Of a stretch of DNA of 57,247 nucleotides, positions 28,032 to 35,972 are shown piece after piece. Under the pieces are notes generated by a model. That model was not told the DNA's origin, searched no databases, and worked only from the letters and a program-made list of their open reading frames with translations. The translations under genes were made by a program, and so were the position numbers. Source of the stretch: a virus; IMG/VR virus record IMGVR_UViG_3300010970_000087; one strand, given 5' to 3'. How positions within the stretch are numbered: position 1 is the stretch's first letter; each line of letters starts with the position of its first letter.

Positions 28032-29131
28032 ATAAGTTCCCTCATGTCCTGAGCCACTGTCGCACTACGCAAGGTGTTCTTGATGTAGGGCGTTAGGCTT
28101 TGTGGTGTGGCATGTCCTGACACTGACATGATGTTGGTGATAGGTACACCCACCTCAATCATCTCAGTGATTGCTGTCCTTCGCAAGTCTTGCAACACTA
28201 AGTCACTAGGCAAAGCAGCCTCAGTCATAATTTGTTTAGCAACCCTAGACAAATTGAACAGGCTGTAAGGCATCAAGCCACCCTTCCTATCAGGAACATT
28301 AGATGGTGCAATGTATTGTTGCCACCCAAACTCAGCATGTTGTTGTCTCAACATGGTGAGCAAGCCTTGGCTTGTCGGTATAGTCACCCTAGACCTACGC
28401 TTGCTTTGTTCCAAGTGCAACACACCCTTGTCTAGGTCTACTTGATCCCATCTAAGCTTACGCATATCCCCCATACGCTGTCCATATTCATAAGCCATCT
28501 GAACTATCAGCCCTACATTGCGCCATTTGAATGTGCTGTAGGCTGTGTTCATGAAGGCTCTGACATCTTCCCTAGTCCACACTGTTCTTCGTGGCTTGTC
28601 TGCCCTGCGAAGCACCTTGCTGAAGGGATTGTGGGTGATGTAGCCATGACGAATAGCGAAGTTGAATAACAAACGATAGACAGCTAGGGTGTGGTTAGCT
28701 AGGCTAACACTGTGCTCAGCATGTTCCTCATATATCTTCTGACAATGCGGAGTGACTAAGTCTCCTAGCTTGCATTGATACAGAGGCACACCATTAGCTT
28801 TGCTGTCTTGCCATCCTTGCAAGTAATACATGTAGTCACGCTGTGCCTTTATACTAAGTTTGGTATAAGTGATGTTGTTCTTATACGCTTTGATTAGTTC
28901 ATGCACCTTCGTCTTCTCAGAGATATCTTTTAGATATCTAAGTTCTTTACGCCAGTTGTCTAGCATGGCATTAAGTTCTTCAGCTAAGGCAAAGGCTTTG
29001 CTTTTGTCAGTGCCAAGCACACGCCTAGCCACCACCCCTGCATCCACTGCATCCTGTGGTGGGTTGTACCTGTACTTTGTTATGCCTTCGGCAGCCTTCG
29101 CCAAGGTGACATATCTAGGTAGCTTACTCAT
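28028..29131 (-). CDS. int: Tyrosine recombinase / phage integrase
   Basis: C-terminal catalytic pattern MGDMRKLRW..., LQDLRRTAITEM, SGHATPQSLTPYIKN (R...H-x-x-R...H...Y); SAM-like N-terminal half. Confidence 0.85.
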   Translation of the reverse strand: MSKLPRYVTLAKAAEGITKYRYNPPQDAVDAGVVARRVLGTDKSKAFALAEELNAMLDNWRKELRYLKDISEKTKVHELIKAYKNNITYTKLSIKAQRDYMYYLQGWQDSKANGVPLYQCKLGDLVTPHCQKIYEEHAEHSVSLANHTLAVYRLLFNFAIRHGYITHNPFSKVLRRADKPRRTVWTREDVRAFMNTAYSTFKWRNVGLIVQMAYEYGQRMGDMRKLRWDQVDLDKGVLHLEQSKRRSRVTIPTSQGLLTMLRQQHAEFGWQQYIAPSNVPDRKGGLMPYSLFNLSRVAKQIMTEAALPSDLVLQDLRRTAITEMIEVGVPITNIMSVSGHATPQSLTPYIKNTLRSATVAQDMRELI

Positions 29132-29288
29132 TCATATCCTCCACCTTTGTAACAACAAAGAACAACACAAACATAACCACCACACAAAGAAATCTAGCAT
29201 GCTCAGTCCACACGGATGGGTTGTAATGCCATTGAACAAAGGCAGTGGTTAGGTAGCTGAAGAGGAAAGAGAAGAAGAGGTTGTTCAT
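29124..29288 (-). CDS. Small membrane protein (54 aa, below the track cutoff)
   Basis: Manual translation MNNLFFSFLFSYLTTAFVQWHYNPSVWTEHARFLCVVVMFVLFFVVTKVEDMNE; ATGA overlap upstream, and it overlaps the int start by 8 nt. Confidence 0.45.
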   Translation of the reverse strand: MNNLFFSFLFSYLTTAFVQWHYNPSVWTEHARFLCVVVMFVLFFVVTKVEDMNE

Positions 29289-29482
29289 TTGTCTCTCGCC
29301 TCCATCATCATGTCAGCCATCTTGTAAGCCCTTGCAGGAATCTCTTCATCTTTAAGAACCCATCCACTACCAAGCATAGCTTGCATAGTCTTAGCTGCGA
29401 AGTAGTCACGCAAGGTCATGCCATCACTACCTAGTCCTGTATAGGGGAATGCTTGTTGCGGTTCAGTTTGTTCCATCGTCAC
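29285..29482 (-). CDS. Hypothetical protein (65 aa)
   Basis: ORF overlapping the ARH gene end by 20 nt. Confidence 0.55.
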   Translation of the reverse strand: MTMEQTEPQQAFPYTGLGSDGMTLRDYFAAKTMQAMLGSGWVLKDEEIPARAYKMADMMMEARDK

Positions 29483-30305
29483 CTCCTAGTGCATAAAGTT
29501 TTTCTGCCATATTAATCAAGTTGTCTTTGTTTACTAGCTTGTCAAGCCATCTAGTGGGTATACCCTTCAGTCCATACTTACGCCCTGCCAACATACCAGT
29601 GACAGCACCAACAGTGTCAGCGTCATAGCCCTTGTTCACTGCCATCACTAAAGCTTTCTCAAAGCTTGATGTTTCTTCAACACATTCCCATGCTGTGATG
29701 TAAGCGTGGTTGATTGTTCCCCTGCTACCATAGTCACGCTGATGACGGAGGTAGTCAAAGGCATCGTCCTTCTTACCTGACATAAGCTCAGTGACAAAGG
29801 CAGTGATGTAATGCACAGTGTCTGTGTTGCCATGCGTCATCAATGACACAGCAATGCTCTGTGCCAAAGCATGAGGCATGCTGTTGTGATTGGCTAACAC
29901 AATGGGAGCAAGTCGCATGATAGATCCATTACCACTGGAGCTATAGCTACAGCTACCTGCATAGGGATGTGTTGGTGTGATGCGGTCAATAGCTTCACTG
30001 CATGTCCTGCCAATGTCAAAGACATAGTTGCGAGTACCAAAGTGTCCTGTCTTCTTCCACATCTTGAAGTTCATGGCAATGGCTTCAGGATTGAAGCGCT
30101 TGCTAGTAATGTATGCATCAGCAATTGCTACAGCCATAGCGCCATCGTCTGTCCACTCACCAATGGCAGTGTCATGCACACCACCACCTTCCATCTCTGT
30201 CAATGTCTTCGTCATCTCATGTGGTCTAACAAATTCCAAGGGTGCACCCAGTGCATCACCAATGAACAGACCCATGAACATACCAATTGCTTTATCTTGA
30301 TGCAT
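29463..30305 (-). CDS. ADP-ribosylglycohydrolase family protein (DraG/ARH-like)
   Basis: GLFIGDALGAPLEF, GEWTDDGAMAVA and GYDADTVGAVTGMLAG: all metal-binding Asp motifs appear present. Confidence 0.85.
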   Translation of the reverse strand: MHQDKAIGMFMGLFIGDALGAPLEFVRPHEMTKTLTEMEGGGVHDTAIGEWTDDGAMAVAIADAYITSKRFNPEAIAMNFKMWKKTGHFGTRNYVFDIGRTCSEAIDRITPTHPYAGSCSYSSSGNGSIMRLAPIVLANHNSMPHALAQSIAVSLMTHGNTDTVHYITAFVTELMSGKKDDAFDYLRHQRDYGSRGTINHAYITAWECVEETSSFEKALVMAVNKGYDADTVGAVTGMLAGRKYGLKGIPTRWLDKLVNKDNLINMAEKLYALGGDDGTN

Positions 30306-30589
30306 TAAATATCCTGTGCTTCTAATACCATTTTGAAATGGAGTGGATCACCCATCTCATTAAACTGTGCTCTCAATGGTTCTAAGAACGCATCGAGATC
30401 TTTGTCAGTCATTAAACAATTAAGTTCTATCTTGACCATGAATTCGTCACACTCTTTAGTGGTGTAACCCTTGACGATTGCTTTTGTATATAACATACAT
30501 GTTCCTTTGTATAGGTGGGGTACTCGCTGCGTCTGTTGGTACTGCACCTCATGAACTAAATCACTTGGCTGAGTGTCATCCAACAGCAT
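30305..30589 (-). CDS. Hypothetical protein (94 aa)
   Basis: Start at MLLDDTQ (ATG 30589) behind GGGGGAAAG; TAATG junction with the ARH gene. Confidence 0.55.
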   Translation of the reverse strand: MLLDDTQPSDLVHEVQYQQTQRVPHLYKGTCMLYTKAIVKGYTTKECDEFMVKIELNCLMTDKDLDAFLEPLRAQFNEMGDPLHFKMVLEAQDI

Positions 30590-30609
30590 CCGCTTTCCCC
30601 CGTTATCTC

Positions 30610-31452
30610 TTAAGCGAAGGCAATGTCTTCGGCAATGTTCCACAACTCTGAGTTGATGCGGATGTTTTCTTTCACGCTGTTAACAGGACGAGCCTTACGC
30701 ATCACTCCTTCGGGGTGCTTGTTAGACAGGCTCTTAACAAATGCACTGCCACGGATAACACCTTCTTGAATGCGGTTGAACACAGTGAATGCATCCATGT
30801 AGTTGTCTTCGTAACGAGAGACATGCAACACATCAGCAATGGTTTTAGGTGTGGCATACACACCATTGGTCTGCTCTTCGAGCATGTCCCATCGTGTCTC
30901 AACACCACGCTTAGCCATCAGCACAGACTGATGTGGGTCAAGGGTAACACTACGCAACTTCTCAAGACGCTCCATCATGGTGGGCAATGTAGCCACAGTG
31001 TTACGAAGCATCTCTTCAAAGCCACTCAGTGCCTTGCTGTGATAGATGCGAGACTGGAAACCATCACCTGCCACAATGCCATTGGAGCAGATGAAGCGGA
31101 AGCAACCTGCAAACAACTTCACAGAGCCTGAACCATCGTGAGAGTTGTACAAAATAATCTCAGGGCGAATGTCGCCAGTGCCAAAGTCAATGTCCCATGT
31201 CTTAGCGAAGGCTAACATGTGGGCTGAGTGAGCAGGGTTGAGGCTACGGCTACGCTTCTGTGCCGCTTGCACTGGAGCATATCCATAGTCTTGCATTACA
31301 GGGATGATGTCGCTTGTGTTGAGAGACACATAACGATCTGTCAACTTGTCAGACTTGGTTGTGCTGAAAGCAGCAGGGGCAAGCTGTTGAATACGCTCTG
31401 TTGTAAGAGCAGAGTTGTTTGCATTGCGAGAGAAGATTACATGTTTAGCCAT
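30610..31452 (-). CDS. DUF932 family protein (phage/plasmid-like)
   Basis: 280 aa. The N-terminal ...LTDRYVSLNTSDIIPVMQDYGYAPVQAAQKRSR...HMLAF layout is typical of DUF932, recognised from memory of the family. Confidence 0.7.
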   Translation of the reverse strand: MAKHVIFSRNANNSALTTERIQQLAPAAFSTTKSDKLTDRYVSLNTSDIIPVMQDYGYAPVQAAQKRSRSLNPAHSAHMLAFAKTWDIDFGTGDIRPEIILYNSHDGSGSVKLFAGCFRFICSNGIVAGDGFQSRIYHSKALSGFEEMLRNTVATLPTMMERLEKLRSVTLDPHQSVLMAKRGVETRWDMLEEQTNGVYATPKTIADVLHVSRYEDNYMDAFTVFNRIQEGVIRGSAFVKSLSNKHPEGVMRKARPVNSVKENIRINSELWNIAEDIAFA

Positions 31453-31457
31453 GATGT

Positions 31458-31468
31458 TTCCTTAGGAA
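31458..31468 (-). promoter_or_regulatory. Palindromic RBS cassette (TTCCTAAGGAA) 5 nt before ATG 31452
   Basis: Member of the 8-copy motif family (see findings). Confidence 0.6.
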
Positions 31469-31498
31469 GAGTGAATGAGTGTCAGCAACTGACGAATA

Positions 31499-31529
31499 AT
31501 TATAACCACAAAAGAAGGGGCAGTGTCAA
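31499..31529 (-). promoter_or_regulatory. Sigma70-like promoter: TTGACA-N19-TATAAT
   Basis: Minus-strand TTGACA (31529-31524) and perfect TATAAT (31504-31499). The spacer is 19 nt (long). It lies 47 nt upstream of ATG 31452. Confidence 0.5.
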
Positions 31530-31535
31530 GCCCCT
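31509..31535 (-). terminator. Rho-independent terminator candidate
   Basis: Minus strand AGGGGC-ttgacact-GCCCCT followed by TCTTTTGTGG, 5 nt after the stop at 31541. The loop carries the -35 of the next promoter. Confidence 0.6.
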
Positions 31536-31540
31536 ACAGA

Positions 31541-31759
31541 TTAGTCGGTCTTTTTAACCAACGGAATAACATCTACCCAAGCGGCTAGATGAATAGTATC
31601 TCCGAACATATCTAGGCAGTAGCTATACATGCCATCGATGTGATCGAAGTAGAAGACAACGCCAGTGTTTGGCATTTGTATATAGCTCTTAGGCTTGACG
31701 GAAAACAGCGGTGTCACTGGTTGTTTGTCAAAGTCCCTGATGTCTACATCACTTAACAT
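31541..31759 (-). CDS. Hypothetical protein (72 aa)
   Basis: Start at MLSDVDIRDF (ATG 31759), overlapping the upstream ORF end. Confidence 0.55.
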   Translation of the reverse strand: MLSDVDIRDFDKQPVTPLFSVKPKSYIQMPNTGVVFYFDHIDGMYSYCLDMFGDTIHLAAWVDVIPLVKKTD

Positions 31760-31913
31760 ATGGGTAGAACCTTTCGTATTCTTGTTTAATAAACAATCGT
31801 TTTGTTTTCTGTCCTTCGGCATAGCCTAAGACATACATAGCATTTGTCCATTCCTTAGACAAGGGCAGACTACGCAAGCCATGAGCAAAGCCTAAGCTGT
31901 AGCTTACATCCAT
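31749..31913 (-). CDS. Hypothetical protein (54 aa)
   Basis: Start at MDVSYSLGF (ATG 31913), overlapping the micro-ORF stop. Confidence 0.45.
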   Translation of the reverse strand: MDVSYSLGFAHGLRSLPLSKEWTNAMYVLGYAEGQKTKRLFIKQEYERFYPYVK

Positions 31914-31975
31914 ATCAGCACCATGCCTACAGCAAACAGCACAACAAACCAAGTGTACAAGGTTTCATCACTCAT
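31904..31975 (-). CDS. Micro-ORF, 23-aa hydrophobic peptide
   Basis: MSDETLYTWFVVLFAVGMVLIWM; overlaps both neighbours. Confidence 0.25.
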   Translation of the reverse strand: MSDETLYTWFVVLFAVGMVLIWM

Positions 31976-32060
31976 GTCTAGGGATAGGTGGTGTGTTAGC
32001 AGGTAATGGATGAGCAGGGAAAGGCCATGTTGGTGGCGGTGGAGGGGGTGCTTTAAGCAT
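31968..32060 (-). CDS. Micro-ORF, 30-aa Pro-rich peptide
   Basis: MLKAPPPPPPTWPFPAHPLPANTPPIPRHE; overlaps both neighbours. Confidence 0.25.
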   Translation of the reverse strand: MLKAPPPPPPTWPFPAHPLPANTPPIPRHE

Positions 32061-32220
32061 TGGCTGAGTCCTTTCGTTGTACATGTTTAGCTAACAACCA
32101 CTTGTCACCTAAGTGCCTAATGCTTCGCACCCACTGCCGTTGGTTGTGTCGATTGATACGCTGATCAATACCCTGTGTGTTGAACAATTGTCTCACATGC
32201 TTTAGCATCTTTGTATTCAT
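32053..32220 (-). CDS. Small basic protein (55 aa)
   Basis: MNTKMLKHVRQLFNTQGIDQRINRHNQRQWVRSIRHLG...; ATG lies 1 nt after the upstream stop. Confidence 0.5.
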   Translation of the reverse strand: MNTKMLKHVRQLFNTQGIDQRINRHNQRQWVRSIRHLGDKWLLAKHVQRKDSANA

Positions 32221-32221
32221 T

Positions 32222-32419
32222 TCATTCCTTAACAATACGGAAGTTTCCAAAATCCACCTGCTCTTTGTTGGCAAAGAACAACCCATCGAGGTAGCGCTCC
32301 AGTGCCAGTGAAGCATCGTTCAATGTGTGGTAACGCTTAGGTTTGTAGTCACCACTGTCTGTCACATCAAACTCTAGACAGTGCCACTTGTCACGCAGTC
32401 TTGCTTGTATCTTGTACAT
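32222..32419 (-). CDS. Hypothetical protein (65 aa)
   Basis: Start chosen at MYKIQARL (AAGG lies 7 nt upstream); overlaps the upstream ORF by 29 nt. Confidence 0.45.
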   Translation of the reverse strand: MYKIQARLRDKWHCLEFDVTDSGDYKPKRYHTLNDASLALERYLDGLFFANKEQVDFGNFRIVKE

Positions 32420-32687
32420 ATGCATACCTTTCATAAGAACGGATCTTGCTGTCACCATCGGTGTGTTTAGTGACCCACTTGATGGATACATTGTCAGAGT
32501 GTAAGCGTTGCAACAGCAACGACAAGTCACAGTCTTCCTCAAGGTAGACATTGTCTTTGTACTGGTAGCTGTAGCTGCTTACATCAGGGGCAATGCCCAA
32601 GTTCTCCAACACCTTACGCTTCACCTTGCCCCATCCATGTCCTGCATCGGTGTATACAGTGATGGTGAATGTCTTCTGTTCTGTCAT
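32391..32687 (-). CDS. Hypothetical protein (98 aa)
   Basis: ATGA overlap with the upstream small ORF; DAGHGWGKV...YLEEDCD motif of unknown function. Confidence 0.6.
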   Translation of the reverse strand: MTEQKTFTITVYTDAGHGWGKVKRKVLENLGIAPDVSSYSYQYKDNVYLEEDCDLSLLLQRLHSDNVSIKWVTKHTDGDSKIRSYERYAYVQDTSKTA

Positions 32688-32851
32688 GCGGTTTCCTTAA
32701 TAATCTCAACAGCTTCCTTCACTGCCTGTCTGAATTCACGCTTAGTGCATTCACTAAAGTCTAGGAATGTACCCATTACATCTTGAATTTTAATTGCCTG
32801 TGACACAGTGCAACCTAGTTGATCAATGATCCATTGTGTATAGAGGTTCAT
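32684..32851 (-). CDS. Small hypothetical protein (55 aa, below the track cutoff)
   Basis: MNLYTQWIIDQLGCTVSQAIKIQDVMGTFLDFSECTKREFRQAVKEAVEIIKETA; ATGA overlaps at both ends. Confidence 0.5.
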   Translation of the reverse strand: MNLYTQWIIDQLGCTVSQAIKIQDVMGTFLDFSECTKREFRQAVKEAVEIIKETA

Positions 32852-33036
32852 TTCAATTCCTTCACAGGGACGATGTATCTATGCACCTCATCACCTTGTT
32901 TGTTATACACATACAAGTGCAACACTGTGTTCTCCATGACGGAGTCAAGGTAGCACTCAACATATCCATTGTTCTTACCAATGTTAATCACTGTGGATTT
33001 AACAAAGTTATCCAAGGTTTCTACTGTCAGTTTCAT
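32848..33036 (-). CDS. Hypothetical protein (62 aa)
   Basis: ATGA overlaps at both ends. Confidence 0.55.
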   Translation of the reverse strand: MKLTVETLDNFVKSTVINIGKNNGYVECYLDSVMENTVLHLYVYNKQGDEVHRYIVPVKELK

Positions 33037-33485
33037 AGGTTGTTCTCAATAATGTATTCGGCATCGGCAATGTCTTTGTACAGGGTACTAATCCATGTGC
33101 CATCTTCGATGTATCGATTAGACGATTCAGTCAGTCGCTTAAGCACCCATCGAATGTCAGCCTTAGCACCCTTGGCAATGACAGGGAATTGCTCATGCCG
33201 TTCCATGCCTCGGATGAATGCATACCAAACCTTTGACTTGGGAGTGTAGAAGGTTGATGCAATTTCCTTACGCTCATACTTCTTTGTCATGTGGGGATGA
33301 ACATAAGCATAGTGTCTACCGAAGGTGTAGGCTGTCTCTTCCTGCTTGGTGGTTGTCAGTCCTAAGATGACATCCCTTGCTTCATCGAGAGTGACCCATG
33401 TGTTATCACCATTGGCATCACAAGCATAATCACCATTGGACATCTCCACCATGTAACCTTCGGTTGTTTTAATCACTGTGTTCAT
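33033..33485 (-). CDS. Hypothetical protein (150 aa)
   Basis: ORF in the ATGA-coupled chain. Confidence 0.65.
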   Translation of the reverse strand: MNTVIKTTEGYMVEMSNGDYACDANGDNTWVTLDEARDVILGLTTTKQEETAYTFGRHYAYVHPHMTKKYERKEIASTFYTPKSKVWYAFIRGMERHEQFPVIAKGAKADIRWVLKRLTESSNRYIEDGTWISTLYKDIADAEYIIENNL

Positions 33486-33673
33486 GTGTTCACCTGTAAT
33501 ATTGCTTCAACAATTTCCCAATCACCTACAGTTCCCTGCTCCATTGGTATGAACTCACCACCATCCATGTTACTAGCTATCTCAATAGCTTCAGCATTAC
33601 TGGTGGCTTCTACATATTCATAACAATATGTAGACATCTTAGCTATCACTTTATATCGCTTATTCGTAGTCAT
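33482..33673 (-). CDS. Hypothetical protein (63 aa)
   Basis: Start at MTTNKRYKV (ATG 33673), overlapping the upstream stop. Confidence 0.55.
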   Translation of the reverse strand: MTTNKRYKVIAKMSTYCYEYVEATSNAEAIEIASNMDGGEFIPMEQGTVGDWEIVEAILQVNT

Positions 33674-34175
33674 CACATGCTCCTTCCATAACATCATGCA
33701 GTGCAACACCATACATCAGGTCATCAGCACTGTTCTCGAAAGCTTGGCGAGTGTCCTCAATCATTTCAATGATGTTCTCACTAGGATAGTCTTCGATCAC
33801 CTCCCAAAGAATGATGTCGAAATCACCTGAGCAAAAAGAATCAAGCCCTATCACTTGAAGAACAGATGCATAGGACATGGTGTCAGGATAGTCAGACAGC
33901 CATTGCTCCAGTGCAAACCTCTCACTCACCTTCATCTTCACAGGGAAGTCAAGGTCAGCACTCACCATGTAGAAGCATCGTCCATCACGAAGCTTCACAT
34001 AACAGTAGGGGTGAGTGTCAGTATCAACGGGATCACTGCCCTGAGTGGCATCAACAAGGTCATCAGCCGTTAGGTAGATAACATCTACCAAAGTGTCATA
34101 GTTCTCGAAGCTCTTACCTGCAGGGACGGACATGCCTTCCTCTGCTAGGTCTGTTCTCATACGGATTGTTTGCAT
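33660..34175 (-). CDS. Highly acidic early protein (171 aa)
   Basis: Very Asp/Glu-rich throughout (e.g. DDLVDATQGSDPVDTDTH, EVIEDYPSENIIEMIEDT, ACDDYE); preceded by a palindromic RBS cassette. Confidence 0.65.
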   Translation of the reverse strand: MQTIRMRTDLAEEGMSVPAGKSFENYDTLVDVIYLTADDLVDATQGSDPVDTDTHPYCYVKLRDGRCFYMVSADLDFPVKMKVSERFALEQWLSDYPDTMSYASVLQVIGLDSFCSGDFDIILWEVIEDYPSENIIEMIEDTRQAFENSADDLMYGVALHDVMEGACDDYE

Positions 34176-34369
34176 GGTGTGTTTCCTTTCAGGATTAGTT
34201 CTCGCTTAATGAAGGGCAGGTAAACTTTGTTACCAAAGAATTGATGCTCAAACAATTGATCGTCAACGATCTTGTCTGAGTGTGCTCTTGCTGCTTTCAA
34301 TGTCTTGAAAGAAGCAACAGGGCTAGTGCTATTGGGATAGCACACAATGTATTTGAATCTGTATCTCAT
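34157..34369 (-). CDS. Hypothetical protein (70 aa)
   Basis: Start at MRYRFKYIV (ATG 34369); reads through the RBS cassette of the next gene. Confidence 0.5.
   Translation of the reverse strand: MRYRFKYIVCYPNSTSPVASFKTLKAARAHSDKIVDDQLFEHQFFGNKVYLPFIKRELILKGNTPCKQSV
34183..34195 (-). promoter_or_regulatory. Palindromic RBS cassette (aTCCTGAAAGGAA) 7 nt before ATG 34175
   Basis: Member of the 8-copy motif family. Confidence 0.55.
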
Positions 34370-34373
34370 ATGC

Positions 34374-34754
34374 TTACCACCATGAGTCGTAGAACACTGC
34401 CTTGCCATCGGCAATGGCTTGCCTTGATAGCTTGACGAAGTCAGCCACACTCTCTAGGTCTTCCGGATATATACATGATGTATCACCGAAGAAGAACCCA
34501 TTACGAGGCACTAGCTTGTTAGCACCAACATCCATCTCCAGTCTGTCTAGATCTTTTAGATCAAGACGAACAGTGGTGCAATTGAAGCTGTCCTTAGCAC
34601 CACCCTTAAGGCGGTAGAGATCCTCCATCCAACCATGCAGAGCATTGAACTTACGCCAGTAGCTGATCTGCATAGCGTCATCAAGTGCCACATCAACAGT
34701 GGCATCACCTACGCTGTCAGCATTGACAGCAAATGCATACATATCAAGTCCCAT
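34374..34754 (-). CDS. Conserved hypothetical protein (126 aa)
   Basis: Start at MGLDMYAFAV behind AAGGAA; ...ISYWRKFNALHGWM... pattern seen in many phage proteins of unknown function. Confidence 0.6.
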   Translation of the reverse strand: MGLDMYAFAVNADSVGDATVDVALDDAMQISYWRKFNALHGWMEDLYRLKGGAKDSFNCTTVRLDLKDLDRLEMDVGANKLVPRNGFFFGDTSCIYPEDLESVADFVKLSRQAIADGKAVFYDSWW

Positions 34755-34905
34755 AATTATTCCTTGGAAAGTTAATTGTTGAGTAATAAAAGTCGAGGAT
34801 TTCATCCTCTGTCAGCTCGAAGTCTATGTCACTGAGTGCCACAGCAATGCCAATGTCATAGTTGTTACGAGACAAGCCTGTCTCGAATATCAGAGGGGTC
34901 TTCAT
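34744..34905 (-). CDS. Small hypothetical protein (53 aa, below the track cutoff)
   Basis: MKTPLIFETGLSRNNYDIGIAVALSDIDFELTEDEILDFYYSTINFPRNNYGT. Confidence 0.4.
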   Translation of the reverse strand: MKTPLIFETGLSRNNYDIGIAVALSDIDFELTEDEILDFYYSTINFPRNNYGT

Positions 34906-34906
34906 G

Positions 34907-35050
34907 TCACCTACTGCAAACATGCATCACCATCCTGTCCTCATCCACTGTCAGCCACACCTTTTTAGTGACAGTGTCATACACCACAATGTCACCGACA
35001 TTGATAGGTGCTCCGGTCTTACAACAAATACCCTTGTATTTGGCTTTCAT
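34907..35050 (-). CDS. Small hypothetical protein (47 aa, below the track cutoff)
   Basis: MKAKYKGICCKTGAPINVGDIVVYDTVTKKVWLTVDEDRMVMHVCSR; ATGA overlap with the upstream stop. Confidence 0.4.
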   Translation of the reverse strand: MKAKYKGICCKTGAPINVGDIVVYDTVTKKVWLTVDEDRMVMHVCSR

Positions 35051-35241
35051 GATGCGTTCCATGTTGACTCCCATTGTTGTTCTTCAATCCACCAAGTGCC
35101 ATTGGTAACACACTCTTTCAGAGTGTCAGCACAGCCAATATAAGCACCATCCTCCCTGTCGTTAAACAGTTCGTATATCTCAGCTTCGCTGTCCCACTTA
35201 GCCCACACCTCGTAGCCGTGTTTCTCTAAGATCTTTTTCAT
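35047..35241 (-). CDS. Hypothetical protein (64 aa)
   Basis: ATGA overlaps at both ends. Confidence 0.55.
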   Translation of the reverse strand: MKKILEKHGYEVWAKWDSEAEIYELFNDREDGAYIGCADTLKECVTNGTWWIEEQQWESTWNAS

Positions 35242-35648
35242 GGAAAACTCCTCATGTAAATAACACCACGCTTGATGCCATCTGCCATCGGCATCACCTT
35301 CATTGCCACCACATCAGCCTTATCCACAGGTTGTTCAGTGGTTTTGTATACAAAGCTGTCATACTTATAAGGGTTATAAGTAACTTGCCTACCTACAATG
35401 CTGATGAAATCAAATTGATTGTCAGCCCTGTTAGTGCAGTAGTTAATCCAAGTGCCACTAACTCCTGCATGGACATTCTTACGCTTCTCTCGAAGCACTC
35501 GCTGTCGTCCCGCCTCAGACACCAACAGCTTGCATCCATCAAGCACCACAGTGTCACGATGGGCAATCACTCTACCCTTGTCAGCACCTTCCAAGGCTTT
35601 AATGCTGAAGCATTTCTTATGCAGGTTGAAATAGACGAATACTCTCAT
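35238..35648 (-). CDS. Hypothetical protein (136 aa)
   Basis: ATGA overlaps at both ends. Confidence 0.65.
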   Translation of the reverse strand: MRVFVYFNLHKKCFSIKALEGADKGRVIAHRDTVVLDGCKLLVSEAGRQRVLREKRKNVHAGVSGTWINYCTNRADNQFDFISIVGRQVTYNPYKYDSFVYKTTEQPVDKADVVAMKVMPMADGIKRGVIYMRSFP

Positions 35649-35878
35649 GCTGTCACCTCTAATTCGTAAGATAAAATCTTAAACTCACCATTGCCATGAA
35701 GCATCAGTGCCTTCAAATCCTCTTCACCATCTACGAAGTAGAAGATGCGAGAATCAGGGACACCGAAACTATCAGTTTCATTCTCGTAATGCTCACCACC
35801 AAAGCTGAAGTATGCTCCCTCAATGGGAGTGTCTTCATCGTTAAACAGCACAGAAGCTGTAGCACCAATAACTTTCAT
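35645..35878 (-). CDS. Hypothetical protein (77 aa)
   Basis: Start at MKVIGATAS (ATG 35878), 5 nt after an RBS cassette. The track start 35914 would translate the cassette itself. Confidence 0.55.
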   Translation of the reverse strand: MKVIGATASVLFNDEDTPIEGAYFSFGGEHYENETDSFGVPDSRIFYFVDGEEDLKALMLHGNGEFKILSYELEVTA

Positions 35879-35883
35879 TGTGT

Positions 35884-35896
35884 TTCCTTTCAGGAA
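35884..35896 (-). promoter_or_regulatory. Palindromic RBS cassette TTCCTGAAAGGAA 5 nt before ATG 35878
   Basis: The loop TGA is the stop codon of micro-ORF 35890..35967. Confidence 0.6.
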
Positions 35897-35967
35897 AAGA
35901 GGGTTAATAACCAAACCTTCACAGCAACAAATGCTGCAAAGCAGAGCACACCTATTACATATTCCAT
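35890..35967 (-). CDS. Micro-ORF, 25-aa hydrophobic peptide
   Basis: MEYVIGVLCFAAFVAVKVWLLTLFS, bracketed by two RBS cassettes. Confidence 0.35.
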   Translation of the reverse strand: MEYVIGVLCFAAFVAVKVWLLTLFS

Positions 35968-35972
35968 GTTAT

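Noticed and set aside
35645-35914. Longer track versions of several minus-strand ORFs (for example 35914, 34805, 34450, 33712, 32551, 32316, 31952, 31822, 30643, 27775, 24780, 22128, 18656, 15908 and 15630 as starts).
   Set aside because: The upstream extensions translate RBS cassettes or the 3' ends of preceding genes. Internal ATGs with SD sequences or ATGA/TAATG coupling give consistent gene chains.
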